The notes below the pieces were generated by a model. The model worked only from the letters and a program-made list of their open reading frames with translations, was not told the origin of the DNA and did no database searches. Of a stretch of 64,000 bases of DNA, positions 50,901-62,989 are shown piece by piece (position 1 is the stretch's first letter; every line of letters starts with the position of its first letter). The DNA lies in contig NMRA01000063.1 of assembly GCA_002633005.1 (NCBI GenBank), positions 414,010 through 478,009 of the forward strand. Direction: 5' to 3'. This DNA comes from Phoronis australis (lineage: Eukaryota; Animalia; Phoronida). A program made the translations under genes and the position numbers.

Positions 50901-52434
50901 ATTACTGGACGCACCAGCACTGCTTAGCATATGAGCATTTTAATGCCATATGCTTTCTCTATTGTGCCAATACAACCCTCATGAAACTTGTGAGCAAAAG
51001 GTTTAGCACACTATAGTACATGTATGCAATAGTCAGCATTTAAAAAAACTTGAAGAAGTTAAGAAAATGAAAAATAATGAGACAAAAAGTCTGCTAGGCA
51101 GTTTTGACCTTTGACCTCTGGTTTGACCTTGAAAATGACCTCGTATTAATAAAATAACACCAGACATGGACTAACCATCACAGAAAACGGTACAAACAAT
51201 TATTATATGACTGTTAACCATCAAGTTCAAAAAACCAAAGTGGGTCAAAATTCAAAATGGCGCAATCCTGCATCTTGAATTGCAAAAAATGTTCAACGTT
51301 GTACTAAGTGCAACCAAGCTAATTTTGTTCTGATCATATTTAATATTTTTCAACAAAAAAACTGTAATAAACATTGCAGGGTTCACTACTGGAGCTATTG
51401 AGCTGGCAACTAGACTATAACCTCTGTCCCACAGAAGCAATGCTTAAAAGACCATGACAAACAAGTACTTGATATAAATGAACAAACATTTATTAAAAAA
51501 GGACAGTCTAAAAGAATATACAAATTGCACTAACATTGTCTTAGAATGCATTTCAAAATAACAATAGAGAATAAAAATAGAGAATAATAATAATAATACA
51601 AATACAAATAATAATAATACTAACAATAGCAATACTGGACACTATAACTAACAAAAACATAGAGTTTAACAGTGGTCTAAATATACGATACCAGGTACAT
51701 TTAATTCTTTCAAATGGTTTGCCTCACTAAGAGGTGATCATGAAACAAGGAATCCTATTGTCTGCAAGCAAACGGATAAGAGCAAGTTCAACTCATCAGG
51801 GTAGACAATTTTACCCTCTCAAGGTCTGCATGGATACTGACACTGCCTGCATATAGGTCTCATTAATTAACTTCTTTTCTTGCAAACTGCACTTTTCTTT
51901 ATAAAAAAATCCATTTTCTTAAGAATGGTATTCATGTCTTTAAAGCACAAATTACATTTTTCCATTAAAATAAATACACCATTCCTAAAAATGCAGTTTT
52001 TGAGATAAAAATGTAATTTCGAAGACTAGACTGGTGGTTTACAAAAACAGCAGTCGACAAGACATGATAGGGTGCTTAATGTAGACCTTGAGGCAGATTG
52101 TACAGTCTCACTTTGAACAGGTGGCTGAGATTTTTGTGAGGATCTTAAAATGAAGATTTGACACTCACCAGTGTGTGAAACAGGATGTCCCAAGGTAACT
52201 GTTATATTGTCTAAACAGCACTAAATAATTTTTTAATATAAAGTTTAGAAACTTTGTGTTGTGTGCTAAATGGGTAAAGAATTACCACTAACAACAAGAA
52301 ATTGAAAAAAAATCCCCACACAAATTAGCATTCCTCCATTTCCTAATAGAAAGCACCAAAATTGTACAGCAATATCAGCACCATTTAACATTTTCAGAAC
52401 AACTGAATGTTAAATAATATTAAAAATGTATTTC

Positions 52435-52846
52435 AATATAAATCGGTAAATGAAACAACAAGAATGGATCAACTGAAATTTGAAATTTTCGGATGTAACA
52501 ACTTCCTTTATCAACAAAAACAGAAATAAAGTAAAATCAAACACAAAATGACAATTGACATATAAGATATGGTGTAATGAAAATGATACATTTTTGCGTA
52601 AAAAATTCAACGACATATTTCAAGAAGTTTTTATGTTCAATCCATGAGGTTCTATTGTATTAAGTTTGTCTATCCAATATTGTTCTCTTTTAAGTCTGTG
52701 AGGGGTACTGGGGTGTTGGAGTTTTTCTATTATTTGTACAGAAAGATCTTGAATATTATGGTTTTTTGGAATTGAAATGATTACCTATAGTATCATTTCA
52801 AATTTCAGTTGATCCATTCTTGTTGTTTTATTTACCGATTTATATT
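52435..52846 (-). mobile_element. Penelope-like remnant (GIY-YIG C-terminus, degenerate hammerhead, inverted tail copy)
   Basis: IGNHFNS/HNIQDLSVQIIEKL....RLKREQYWIDKLNTIEPHGLNIK*; ~52-bp inverted repeat 52435-52487 / 52795-52846. Confidence 0.8.
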
Positions 52847-53102
52847 CTTCATTTCTTGAAACAATAGTATCCTTGGGAGGATCTGGATCGCCTTATTTAG
52901 TTTCAGATATATTTTCTACGAAATGTATTTCACTAATGCATTTAATAACAGACAGGAATAGTATGCAAACACTACTAATAACCTTCAAAGTTTAAATCTT
53001 TCAGTTTGAAGAAATTACGTTTACTGATTAGCCATAACAATGTGTGTTTATGATCATTTCATGATCGCACCATTGTTAATACACTTCAAAAAGTAATTTA
53101 AT

Positions 53103-56100
53103 ACAAGAGCAATATGGAGCGTTGAATTGCACTCACAATAGCACTGCAAATGGTGTGCTTCTATGGGTATTTTAGTATCATAATTAGCCATTACATGGGT
53201 ATTTTAGTATCATAATTAGCCATTATACGGAACAGAATGCGTCAAACCCATCCTTAATGAGAAGGTGGTGTCGTTTCTGCAATACACAGCTATTTGCCAA
53301 ATTTCATGAAAATAATCTAACGAACTACTAAGATATAGAGGCAAATGTAACAAGAGCAACGCGGAGCATTGAAATGCGCCCACGAATACACTGCTCCTAG
53401 GGTTGTTTATTTGTATCATAAAATGGCCACTAGATGGCGCAAAAACGTTCAATCCATCAAAAAACAGGAACGTGTCATCGCTTCTTTAATAGAAAGCTAT
53501 TTACAAAATTTCATAAAAATCTGTCAAAGAACTTTCTGAGAAACAAAGGAAATGGAAAAAAAAAATGAAATTGCCACTAGGGGGCTCAATGTTTGTTTAA
53601 TCCGCCTGAAAGTCGTCCTCGTCTGTTGTTCTCTTCATATAATACACTTACAATATTTAATAAAGATCCTGCAGTGGGTTTAGGAGATAAACCTGTGGGC
53701 ACAAACAAAAGATAACTACCACTAGGAGGTGCCACAGTGGTCGAAGTCGTCATCGTCAACCATGTTCTTCACAATGAAAACGCCAATTTTCAAAATCATG
53801 CTTAGAATGGTTTAGCTGACAGAGGGGTGGACGCATAAAAACATTTTATGAAAATCCGTTGAGAACCTTTGAAGATAGAGGTAAATGTAAAAAATTAAAA
53901 TTGCCACTAGGGGGCACATTGGTAGTCAGATCTGTCCGAAAGTCATTGTCGTCTGTTGTCAACATCATATAAATACATTTGCTACATTTAGTAAAGATCC
54001 TACAAACCGTTAAGGAGATACAGCCATGAGCGCAAAAAAAATTGCCACTAGGAAGTGCTACAGTAGTCAAAGTCGGAAAATCATCATAAACCATCCTCTT
54101 CATAGTAAGAACATACATGCCAATTTTCACAAAAATCCTTAGAGCGGTTTGGGTGATATAGGGGTGGACGCCAAAAGACAGACTCAAAAACAGTAAAAAT
54201 GGCCACTAGGTGGCATAAACTATGTTGAATCCATCCGTAAACAGGAGGATAACATCAATGGCCACTAGGTGGCGCAAACTATGTCAAATTCATCCGAAAA
54301 CAAGAGGATAACGTCATCTTACTAATAGATGCCTATATGTCAAATATTGTGAAAATACGCGGAGGATCTTAGAAGATGAAGACTGAGATAAAACGTTAAA
54401 AACTAAAATTGCCACTAGGGGACATACTGGTAGTCAGATCCATCCGAAAGTCGTCATCTGTTGTCAACATCATACAAATACACTTACTAAATTTAGTAAA
54501 GATCATGCGAATGGCTTAGGAGATACAGCCAAAAAAACCAAAACTGCCACTAGAAGGTGCCACACTAGTCTAAGTCATTGGAAAATCATTGTCAGCAGTC
54601 GTCTTCATAATAGAACATACACGCCAATTTTCACAAACATCTTTAGAGCAGTTTGGTTGACAGAGGGTGGACACCAAAAAAACAGTAAAACTGACCACTA
54701 GATGGCGCAAACTACGTCGAATCCATCTGAAAACGAGAGAATAGTGTCATCTCACCAATAAATGCCTATATGCCAAATTTTACGAAAATATATTGATTGA
54801 AGACCTTTGACGATACAGCGGTAAACATAAAAACTAAAATTGTTACTAGGTGGCACACTGGCAGTCCGATCTGTTTGAAATTCGTCATTTTTTGTCAACT
54901 TCATACAAATGTACTTGTCAAACTTAAAGTCCTTATCTTAAAATGCCAATGTGGCTCCACTATTCAAAAATACTTAATAAATAAAATTTTATTTATGTAC
55001 CTTTCATTATTATATTCTTTTCGCCTTTCGTGCCACAAGCGTTTTTTTTTTACCTGTATTTGACCCTTCTCTGTGAGCAGATAATTACCAGCGGTCATTG
55101 GATATTTCCGTACCCACATTTCCGGCTCGTCAGTTCAGGAACTTGTCCTGAACGCCGCCATTTTTTCCTTGTAACTGAATGTGCTATCGCTTGCTAGAAA
55201 AGTTTTTCATTATTTTGTTTTCTTAGTAATATCTCGTGATTCGTTTGTATATATATAGTGTACATATAGTTCGTAGTTAGTGGTTGAAATTTTTTTTGGA
55301 ATATTACGCATACTTTTGTTTATTATGTTAAAATAGCATTTTGGTGTTTAGTTCCTGTTACATAGGGCAGTCAAACCAAATGTTGTTGTTTTGAATTTTG
55401 ATTATAGTTTTGAAAAAGTACTTTGCATCCTACTCCGTAAAAATCGGAAAAGTGTCAAAATCGGGGGCAAGCAGTGCAAAGTCCTTGCATGTTTTGTGGC
55501 GAAATTTGGGTCACTTTGTTTGGATCGGATCGGCCATCTTGGACGACAGCGGGATAAGTTACGAGTTTAAAACTTTGTATAAATTGTTTTGCCAACAATT
55601 TAAGGTGAAATTTAGTGAGATATCGTAACTTACTATTCTGCACGATTCAACAGTTTTCACCAAATTTCAGCCTTGCATTTATTACTTATTAAGTGATAAA
55701 AGTGCTCACAATTCCCATTGGTACCAACAACATGGCGAATTTTGCTGAACTGAAAGGCATGTTCAACCAGATACTTTGTAATTTGTGAAGATTCAACGTT
55801 GATGCATTTTGACAAACGTTGCTACAAAAAATGAACTCGCATCTTCAGGCAACATTTCTTGATGCCTTGCGTTTACTATTAATACATAAATTTAAAAAAA
55901 CATCATACAGTTGAAAACCAAGTTCACTAGAAGTTTTTCATTTCATGGATTCTTGCAATTCTATCAATGAGATTGCCACCTCCACTCAAATTACAATTAT
56001 CGATATGGTTCAGTTGTGAGGTCACTTCCTTTGTACTCACTGCTTAATAAATTAAAAAATGAGAACATTTTGTATTGGACTTGACATACTAACGTGGTCA

Positions 56101-57052
56101 AACGAGCCCCCTATTTGGAGAAATGGAAAAAGGTCTGCCTCAGTCAGAGAAGCAATAACTCCGAAAAAAGTAGAAAACAAGACAAAAATCCACTAAAGGC
56201 AGGCAGTACCAAAATTTGGTGTCTGCAATTCATAGCTCTGAACATACCCAGCGAATCTTATAGTAAAAGGTATACATTCTCAAAAATTCAAACTCCCATT
56301 TTTATGCTTGGTGCGCAAATCTCCCTTGAAAGCCACCAACTTTGCACAGTTCGCCAAAAGACCTCAAGTTCTAAATAAACCTCGTTTGAGCGAGCGCTGT
56401 GGCCAGGGACCAGGCAGGCCTAAGGGTAGCCTTGGTGCAAAGCTGTATACTGACAAGTTGTATTTTGATGATAGCCTTCATACTGGTAGCTGGCAGGCTA
56501 GCTAACTTAAGGGCTGCCGCGACAGTACGTGTGACACAGGACTAACCAGCCTGTAATCAGTCGGATCCGTCCACAATTCGGCATCATCCGGCGTCAGTTT
56601 CATAGGAACACATCTGAAAAATCTCATCAAAATCCTGTGAGGGGTTTAGGACATACAGCTATGATCACCGGATGCCCGTATAGACAGAGATGATGGCAAT
56701 ATGCAATACCCCCATATAAATATGTGGGCGCATAAAAATAGCCACAAGGTGGCGTAAAATCCGTCAGAAAATGAAATGACACCATCGCCTTCGTATTAAA
56801 AACCTGAATTTCATGAAAATCTGCCAAGGAACTTCGAAGATACAGAGGCAAACATAAAAAAATGCCACTAGGGGCACAGCGGTATTTGGGTCGGTCTGAA
56901 ACTTGTCATTTTCTGTCACCAGCCACATAGGAACACACCAACCAAAGTTCAATAACATCCAACAAGGGGTTTACAAGAAACAGCAGCGGACGCCAAGACA
57001 GAGATCACGACAACATGTACCCACATATCAATATGTGGACGCATTATAAAAA
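53103..57052 (-). mobile_element. Older HINE copy (outer) hosting a nested HINE
   Basis: 3' palindrome at 53103-53135; 5' hairpin at 57015-57052. Confidence 0.65.
53349..56738 (-). mobile_element. HINE family A (inner), itself interrupted at about 54920-56550 by an unclassified DNA element
   Basis: 3' end aacaagagcaacgcggagcattgaaatgcgcccac; 5' end atatgtgggcgcataaaaa; ~450-bp internal units. Confidence 0.75.
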
Positions 57053-57070
57053 TCATTCTAAAACTGCAGT

Positions 57071-57145
57071 TCATGCCATCAGAGGCTTTTCATCTTCTGT
57101 TCTGTAATCATTGTGTCGTTGTCGACCTCCAAATAATTTGTTCAA
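57071..57145 (-). CDS. Last coding exon of an unidentified membrane protein (cytosolic tail)
   Basis: tgtttcag|LNKLFGGRQRHNDYRTEDEKPLMA*; phase 0 matches the upstream exon. Confidence 0.75.
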   Translation of the reverse strand: MNKLFGGRQRHNDYRTEDEKPLMA

Positions 57146-57224
57146 CTGAAACAATAGTCATCGAAATATTATGAACAACATCTAGTAGAAGCAATCATAT
57201 AGTAGTTGCAGAAGTAACAGTAGA

Positions 57225-57701
57225 CCCTCATGACAGTGGCCACAGTAGAACCTTGTGACGGTAGCCACAGTTATACCTTATGATGGTGACCACAGTAGTA
57301 CCTTATGATGGTGGCCACAGTAGTACCTTATGACGGTGGCCACAGTAGTACCTTATGATGGTGGCCACAGTAGAACCTTATGGTGGTGGCCACAGTAGTA
57401 CCTTATGACGGTGGCCACAGTGGAACCTTATGATGGTGGCCACAGTAGCACCTTATGGTGGCAACAGTAGTACCTTATGATGGTGGCCACAGTAGTACCT
57501 TATGATGGTGGCCACAGTAGTACCTTATGATGGTGGCCAAAGTAGTACCTTATGATGGTGACCACAGTAGTACCTTATGATGGTGACCACAGTAGTACCT
57601 TATGATGGTGGCCACAGTAGTACCTTATGATGGTTACCACAGTAGAACTTTATGGTGAGGGCAACATGCACCCACATAAAAATATGTGGGTACATAAAAA
57701 A
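57225..57701 (-). repeat. 25-bp minisatellite (about 17 copies) joined to a HINE 5' terminus
   Basis: ccttatgatggtggccacagtagta (57301, 57326); followed by cccacataaaaatatgtgggtacataaaaaa. Confidence 0.9.
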
Positions 57702-58497
57702 GCCATTTTAAAGTTATTTCAAACCTGATTTAGTGGCCTCTATTCTAACTTGTATATGAAAAAAGTAGGCTTTGTCAAATAGTAAAAGTATATATTTTCT
57801 GGAAAAAAAAGATCAGGGAATGAATATAAAAAAATATGTAAATGTTTTATACGGTAAAGTCGCGTGATTTTCGGACACTGAAAATTAATTCCAATAGAAA
57901 AAATTCATTCTTGGACGTATTTTTGTGTCATTATTAAATTAAATATTCTGTTAACACCTTTTTACATCAAAATTCCATGTTTAAAAAAGGTACGTTCATA
58001 GCAAAATAACCACTGTCGATTTTAATGAAACCTTTTTCAGAAAACTTCACCAGTTACCTCAAATACTGTTAGAAATTTTTGTTTAGCCTTTTTGTTCGAT
58101 TTCTATGACAAATCAACTCAAAATGTGAGGTATATTTGTAAAAAAACAGAAGTCATATTCGTCTTTGTTACATTACGCAAAAAGTAGGCCTTTATATCAA
58201 AAATCCTAATAGTATTTTCGAGATTGATGAATGAATATTAAGTTTGGAAAGTTTCAATGAAATCCACCAAACCGTTTTCGAGAACTCATGTTCCTAAGTT
58301 CAAATTAAGTAGATTTAGCGAAGCCGGGAAAAAAAACGATTGTGTGGGAGACTTGGGATAATTATTGGGTGCAACCTTGTTTTCAAATTATTATAACCTA
58401 TACACCCCTTAGCCACATTCATTATTTCAACATGTACATCCAATGTCATCTGAATTTGCAGAGCGCAATTAACTTAATTATCACAAAAACATTACAT

Positions 58498-59248
58498 ATG
58501 GCCACTAGGTGGAGCAAACTAGGTCGAATCCATCAGAAAACAGAACGGTAGCGTCACCTTACTAACCCAGCCTGTACACCAAATTTTATGAAAATATGTT
58601 AAGGAACTTTAAAGATACAGAGGTAAATGTATAAAAATAAAATTGCCACTACATAGCACACCAGTAGTCAGATCTGTCCAAAAGTCATCGTCGTCCGTTG
58701 TCATCATCATGTAATTGCACTTACTCAATTTAGTAAAGATCCTGCAAATGGTTTAGGAGATATAGCCGTAGGCGCAAAAAAAAAAACAAAACTGCCACTG
58801 GGACACGCCACAGTAGTTGAAGTTCTCGGAAAATCATCATCAACTGTCCTCTTGATAGTAAGAACATACATGCCAATTTTCACAATCAATTTGGTTGATA
58901 GAGGGGTGGACTTGAAAAAGTAAAAATGACCACTAGTGGTGCAAACTACATCGAATCCATCCGAAAACAGGAGGGTACTATCGTCTCACTAATAGATGCC
59001 TATATACCAAATTTTGTGACAATATGTTGAGGACCTTTGAACATACAGAGGTAAATGTAAAAAATAAAAGTGCCACTAGGGAGCACATCGGTAGTCGGAT
59101 CCGTCCGAAAGTTCGTTCATGCTATCCCATGCATAAAAGGAACACATGTGCAAAGTTTCATGAACATACGTCAATCAGACAGACGACGCCCTGACGGGCA
59201 GAGATGATGCCATAATGCGTCCACATATAAATATGTGGGCGCATAAAA
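58498..59248 (-). mobile_element. HINE family A, 3'-truncated copy
   Basis: 5' hairpin atgcgtccacatataaatatgtgggcgcat-aaaa and about 1.5 internal units. Confidence 0.8.
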
Positions 59249-59313
59249 GTACAAACGGACCATACTGAAGTCCAATGTATTCATGCAACAAAGTGAGAGT
59301 TAATGGTTCTTAC

Positions 59314-59459
59314 CAAGTGCCGTCCTCTTAACACAACAAGGAACCCAGCAATAGAGATAAATCCAACCAAGGCAATCCATGCGTAGACAGATATCATGGC
59401 TCTGTTGTTCTTGTGGACTTCTTTAAAACTTAACATAGAGTGTATGTAAGCTTCATCGT
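59314..59459 (-). CDS. Transmembrane exon of the unidentified membrane protein
   Basis: cttttgtag|..|gtaaga; xDEAYIHSMLSFKEVHKNNRAMISVYAWIALVGFISIAGFLVVLRGRHL; ~23-aa hydrophobic helix followed by RGRH; phase 1-0. Confidence 0.78.
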
Positions 59460-61054
59460 CTACAAAAGTGGCATGTAATGTAATTAGAGCAAGTCAGCAA
59501 GTTTATGGTTCAGTCGACAACTTTGGGAAATCAGGATTAATGGAAGGTAAGGATGGGATAACATTTGGTGGGTTGGCATTCTCTACATCAAAGAGTTTTA
59601 CAACATTTGGAATTGTCTTGACTTCCACTTGCCTAGCAATTGTTTTGAATATACAGTGCCACCCGCTGTGCCTACTCACTATGTGAATGAGAAACTAAAG
59701 GAGGTGATAGGATTACTACTATATCAACTTAAACATGTATTTGCATGCTCCTAACTATATTAATGCTATCTTCACATAATCTAAACAAAGTGCAGTTGTA
59801 TTCATTGACAACTTATACATCTGAAAAATAAAAATTCTGCAAAATAGGGGACCTTTGCTCTAATGAGGTACCTTGGGGATTCACATAGCCCCGTATCATG
59901 CAGTCTTATTCCCCAACACCTCGTCACGATACTTACTGGACACGGTTGAGTGATTTACAGCGGATCATTTTCGACACAAAACTCGTTCTTAACATTTGGC
60001 AAGTTTCAATGCACTTCACATTCACATCTTCACTATATGTTGTGTTTGTAAGTAACTTGACCAAGCAATCACAGAGATAAGGAATTAGCGTGCAAGTTCC
60101 ACTTTAAAGAACTTGAAGATGCAATCAAGCAGGCAGGGGCTAATTATTATTAATCAAACAGGCAGGAGCTTCTGGAAAACCTAATACATCCAGAGCACAT
60201 AGGAGAAAAAATCTCTTATACGCTTATAGTACCTAACAATTATTCATGGCATAAAGGTACGGGGTACCTAACTAGAAAATAAGGAGGGACAGGGGACTTC
60301 CGGTTCCGGTTTCAGTCGTTGAAAGCAAGCTAATCTGTGCTCGTGGGAATTTGTAAAAAAAAACTCAGGAAACCATGCCTGGAAAAAGTCAATGAAAAGC
60401 ACTTCGTTCACAAAGCACAATACCCAAGGAAACGAATGCTCAGGAAAACTGTGAAAGTTCTGGTATTGTTGGTATCGACAGTGGCTGTGACCCGGTGTTG
60501 GCACCGACATGACAGTTTCGACTCCAGAACTGCGCTCAGACTCAACAGGAACCATAACTGAATTGAAGTCACTAATTATGGAGTCAACTGCCTGTTTGGA
60601 AGCATTGTTCTCTGATAGAATTTCTATGGTTGAGGACAGAATGTTAGATTTACCTCTCAAGAATTTATGTTTAACACACTCGTCGCAGTGGAAAAAAACA
60701 TTCACGAGGCAAACCTCCGCAGGCTTGATCATGTTGACTGTTTGCAAAAGCGTTTGGTTTACGATGAATGGAGATCTAGGAGATATAACCTCTTGTTCTA
60801 CGATATCAATGACGCCACTCGTGACACGACCAGTTAGAATGTAGAGCAGGTAGTCAAAGGCTTCGCAGAAGAAAAACTTCTACTTCAGCAGTTATGTGAA
60901 CTCGCTCATGTTTTCTAACTGCCACAGATTGCCGAAGCCACAGCAGTCTAGAAAACCAAACACTCCGAGAGCAATTATTGTTAAAGGCACAGGGTGTGAC
61001 GATCCTAATTAATAATAATTTTGAATGTGAAACTACAAATAGTTATAATGATGG

Positions 61055-62501
61055 CAAGAGCAACGCAGAGCGTTGAAATGCGCCCACAATTGCACCTTAT
61101 ACGGTATCCTTCTAGGGTTGTTTATAGGTACCATAAAGTGGCCAGTAGGGGGCATATATGTAGTATGTTGTACTTTGCAAAATGGAAAGGCATGGTCATT
61201 GTCTCCTCAATAGGCTAGGGGCAAAATGTGAGTATCTTCATAATACAAGCACATCCTATACATCAGTTGCTTAAAGCACCACAGAAACATAGACTTAAAA
61301 AACAAATTTACCAACATACGTGATTAGCACAGCATTAGAATGCCAGGAACAAATTTCTACTTGGAACTTTTACTTCATAGTCACGAAGTAACACAAAGTA
61401 TACACCTGAAGACATATGAAAATACAGAGGTCAATGTAAAATACTAAAATTGCCACTAGAGGCATACCGGTAGTCAGAATCATCCTAAAGTCGTCATCGT
61501 CCGTTGTCAACATTACATAAATACACTTGCTAAATTTAGTAAAGATCCTGCAAACGGTTTGGGAGATAAAGCCATGGGCGCAAAAAAAAAAACTGCCACT
61601 AGGAGGCCCCACAGTAATCATAGGAAATTCAGCGTCAACCGTCTTCTTCGTAGTAAGAACATTTTCACAATCATAATTACAGCGGTTTGGATGATAGAGG
61701 GGTGGATGCCAAAAAGACTCAAAAACAGTAAAAATGGCCACTGGGTGTCGTAAACTAGGTCGAATCCATCCGAAAACGGGAGGGGGCATAGCGTCATCGC
61801 ACCAATAGGTGCCTACATACCAAATTTCATGAAAATTCGTTAAGGACTTGTGAAGATACAGAGGTAAACGTAAAAAATTGCCACTAATCATCATTGTCTG
61901 TTGTTAACATCATATAAATATACTTACACAATTTCGTAAAGAACCTGCGAATGGTTTAGGAGATACAGCCATAGGCGCAAAAAAAAACTGCCACTAGGAG
62001 GCGCCACAGTAGTCGAAATCGTCGGAAAATCATCGTCAACTGTCCTCTACATAGTAAGCATATACATGCCAATTTTCACAATCATCCTTTGAGCGGTTTG
62101 GTTGATAGAGGGGTGGATGCAAAAAAACAGACTAGAAAACACTAAAAATGGCCACTAGGTGGCGCAAACTATGTCGAATCCATCTGAAAACAGGTGGATA
62201 GCGTCATCTCACTAATAGGTGCCTACATATCAAATTTCATGAAAATCCGTTCAGGACTTATGAAGATACAAAGGTAAGCATAAAAAACTAAAATTGCCAC
62301 TAGGGGGCACACCGGTAGTCGGATCCGTCCGAAAGTTTGCACATGCCGTCCCATTCATGAATGGAACATACGTGCCAAATTTCATGAACGTATGTCAAAG
62401 GGTTTTGGAGATAAAGCAGCGGACGCCGGACGGACGCCGCCCGGATGGACGGAGATGACGACATAATGCGTCCACATATAAATATGTGGGCGCATGAAAA
62501 A
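61055..62501 (-). mobile_element. HINE family A full-length copy, same subfamily as 12711-13773
   Basis: Both termini present; shares the extra internal segment. Confidence 0.85.
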
Positions 62502-62989
62502 GGGAATGTTTTAATTATTGAAAGTGTTGAAAAACTTTCACAGTTACCCTAGTCTGCATATACGCTCCTAACCAAGATTCTTCACTTTTTATGAAATCGT
62601 AGCAGATCGCATCCCTCTGTTCAACTACAAATTTATTGTTCTATGAGGAGATTAGAATTTGGTCCAAGATTATGATTAGGACTGTTTTGGTTATGTGAAT
62701 CAGAACAATCCTCAGGCTAGAGAAACAGTTCTAAATTTAAACCAAACATTCATTTTGTTGACCCTTGGAGAGTCTTCAATCTTGACCATAACTCTTTTAC
62801 ATGGAGTAGGAAAAACCCAGTTAAGAAATCTCTACTCGGGGATAAAAAGTAGGTGGAGCAAGTAAAAATTATTATTCAAGACGCCAAAAGTGAATATGCT
62901 TCTGACATTGACGGAGCTTTACTGTTTAACATGTTCCTACTTAACATTAGATCTTTCACTCCGTCATATAGTGCTTTCAAAAATAAGGA

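Noticed and set aside
3845-57660. CRISPR-like appearance of the 25-59-bp periodic arrays
   Set aside because: Units repeat head to tail with no unique spacers; no cas genes; eukaryotic context.
62548-62624. Candidate upstream exon of the membrane-protein gene
   Set aside because: Its only open frame ends in phase 0, whereas the next exon needs phase 1.
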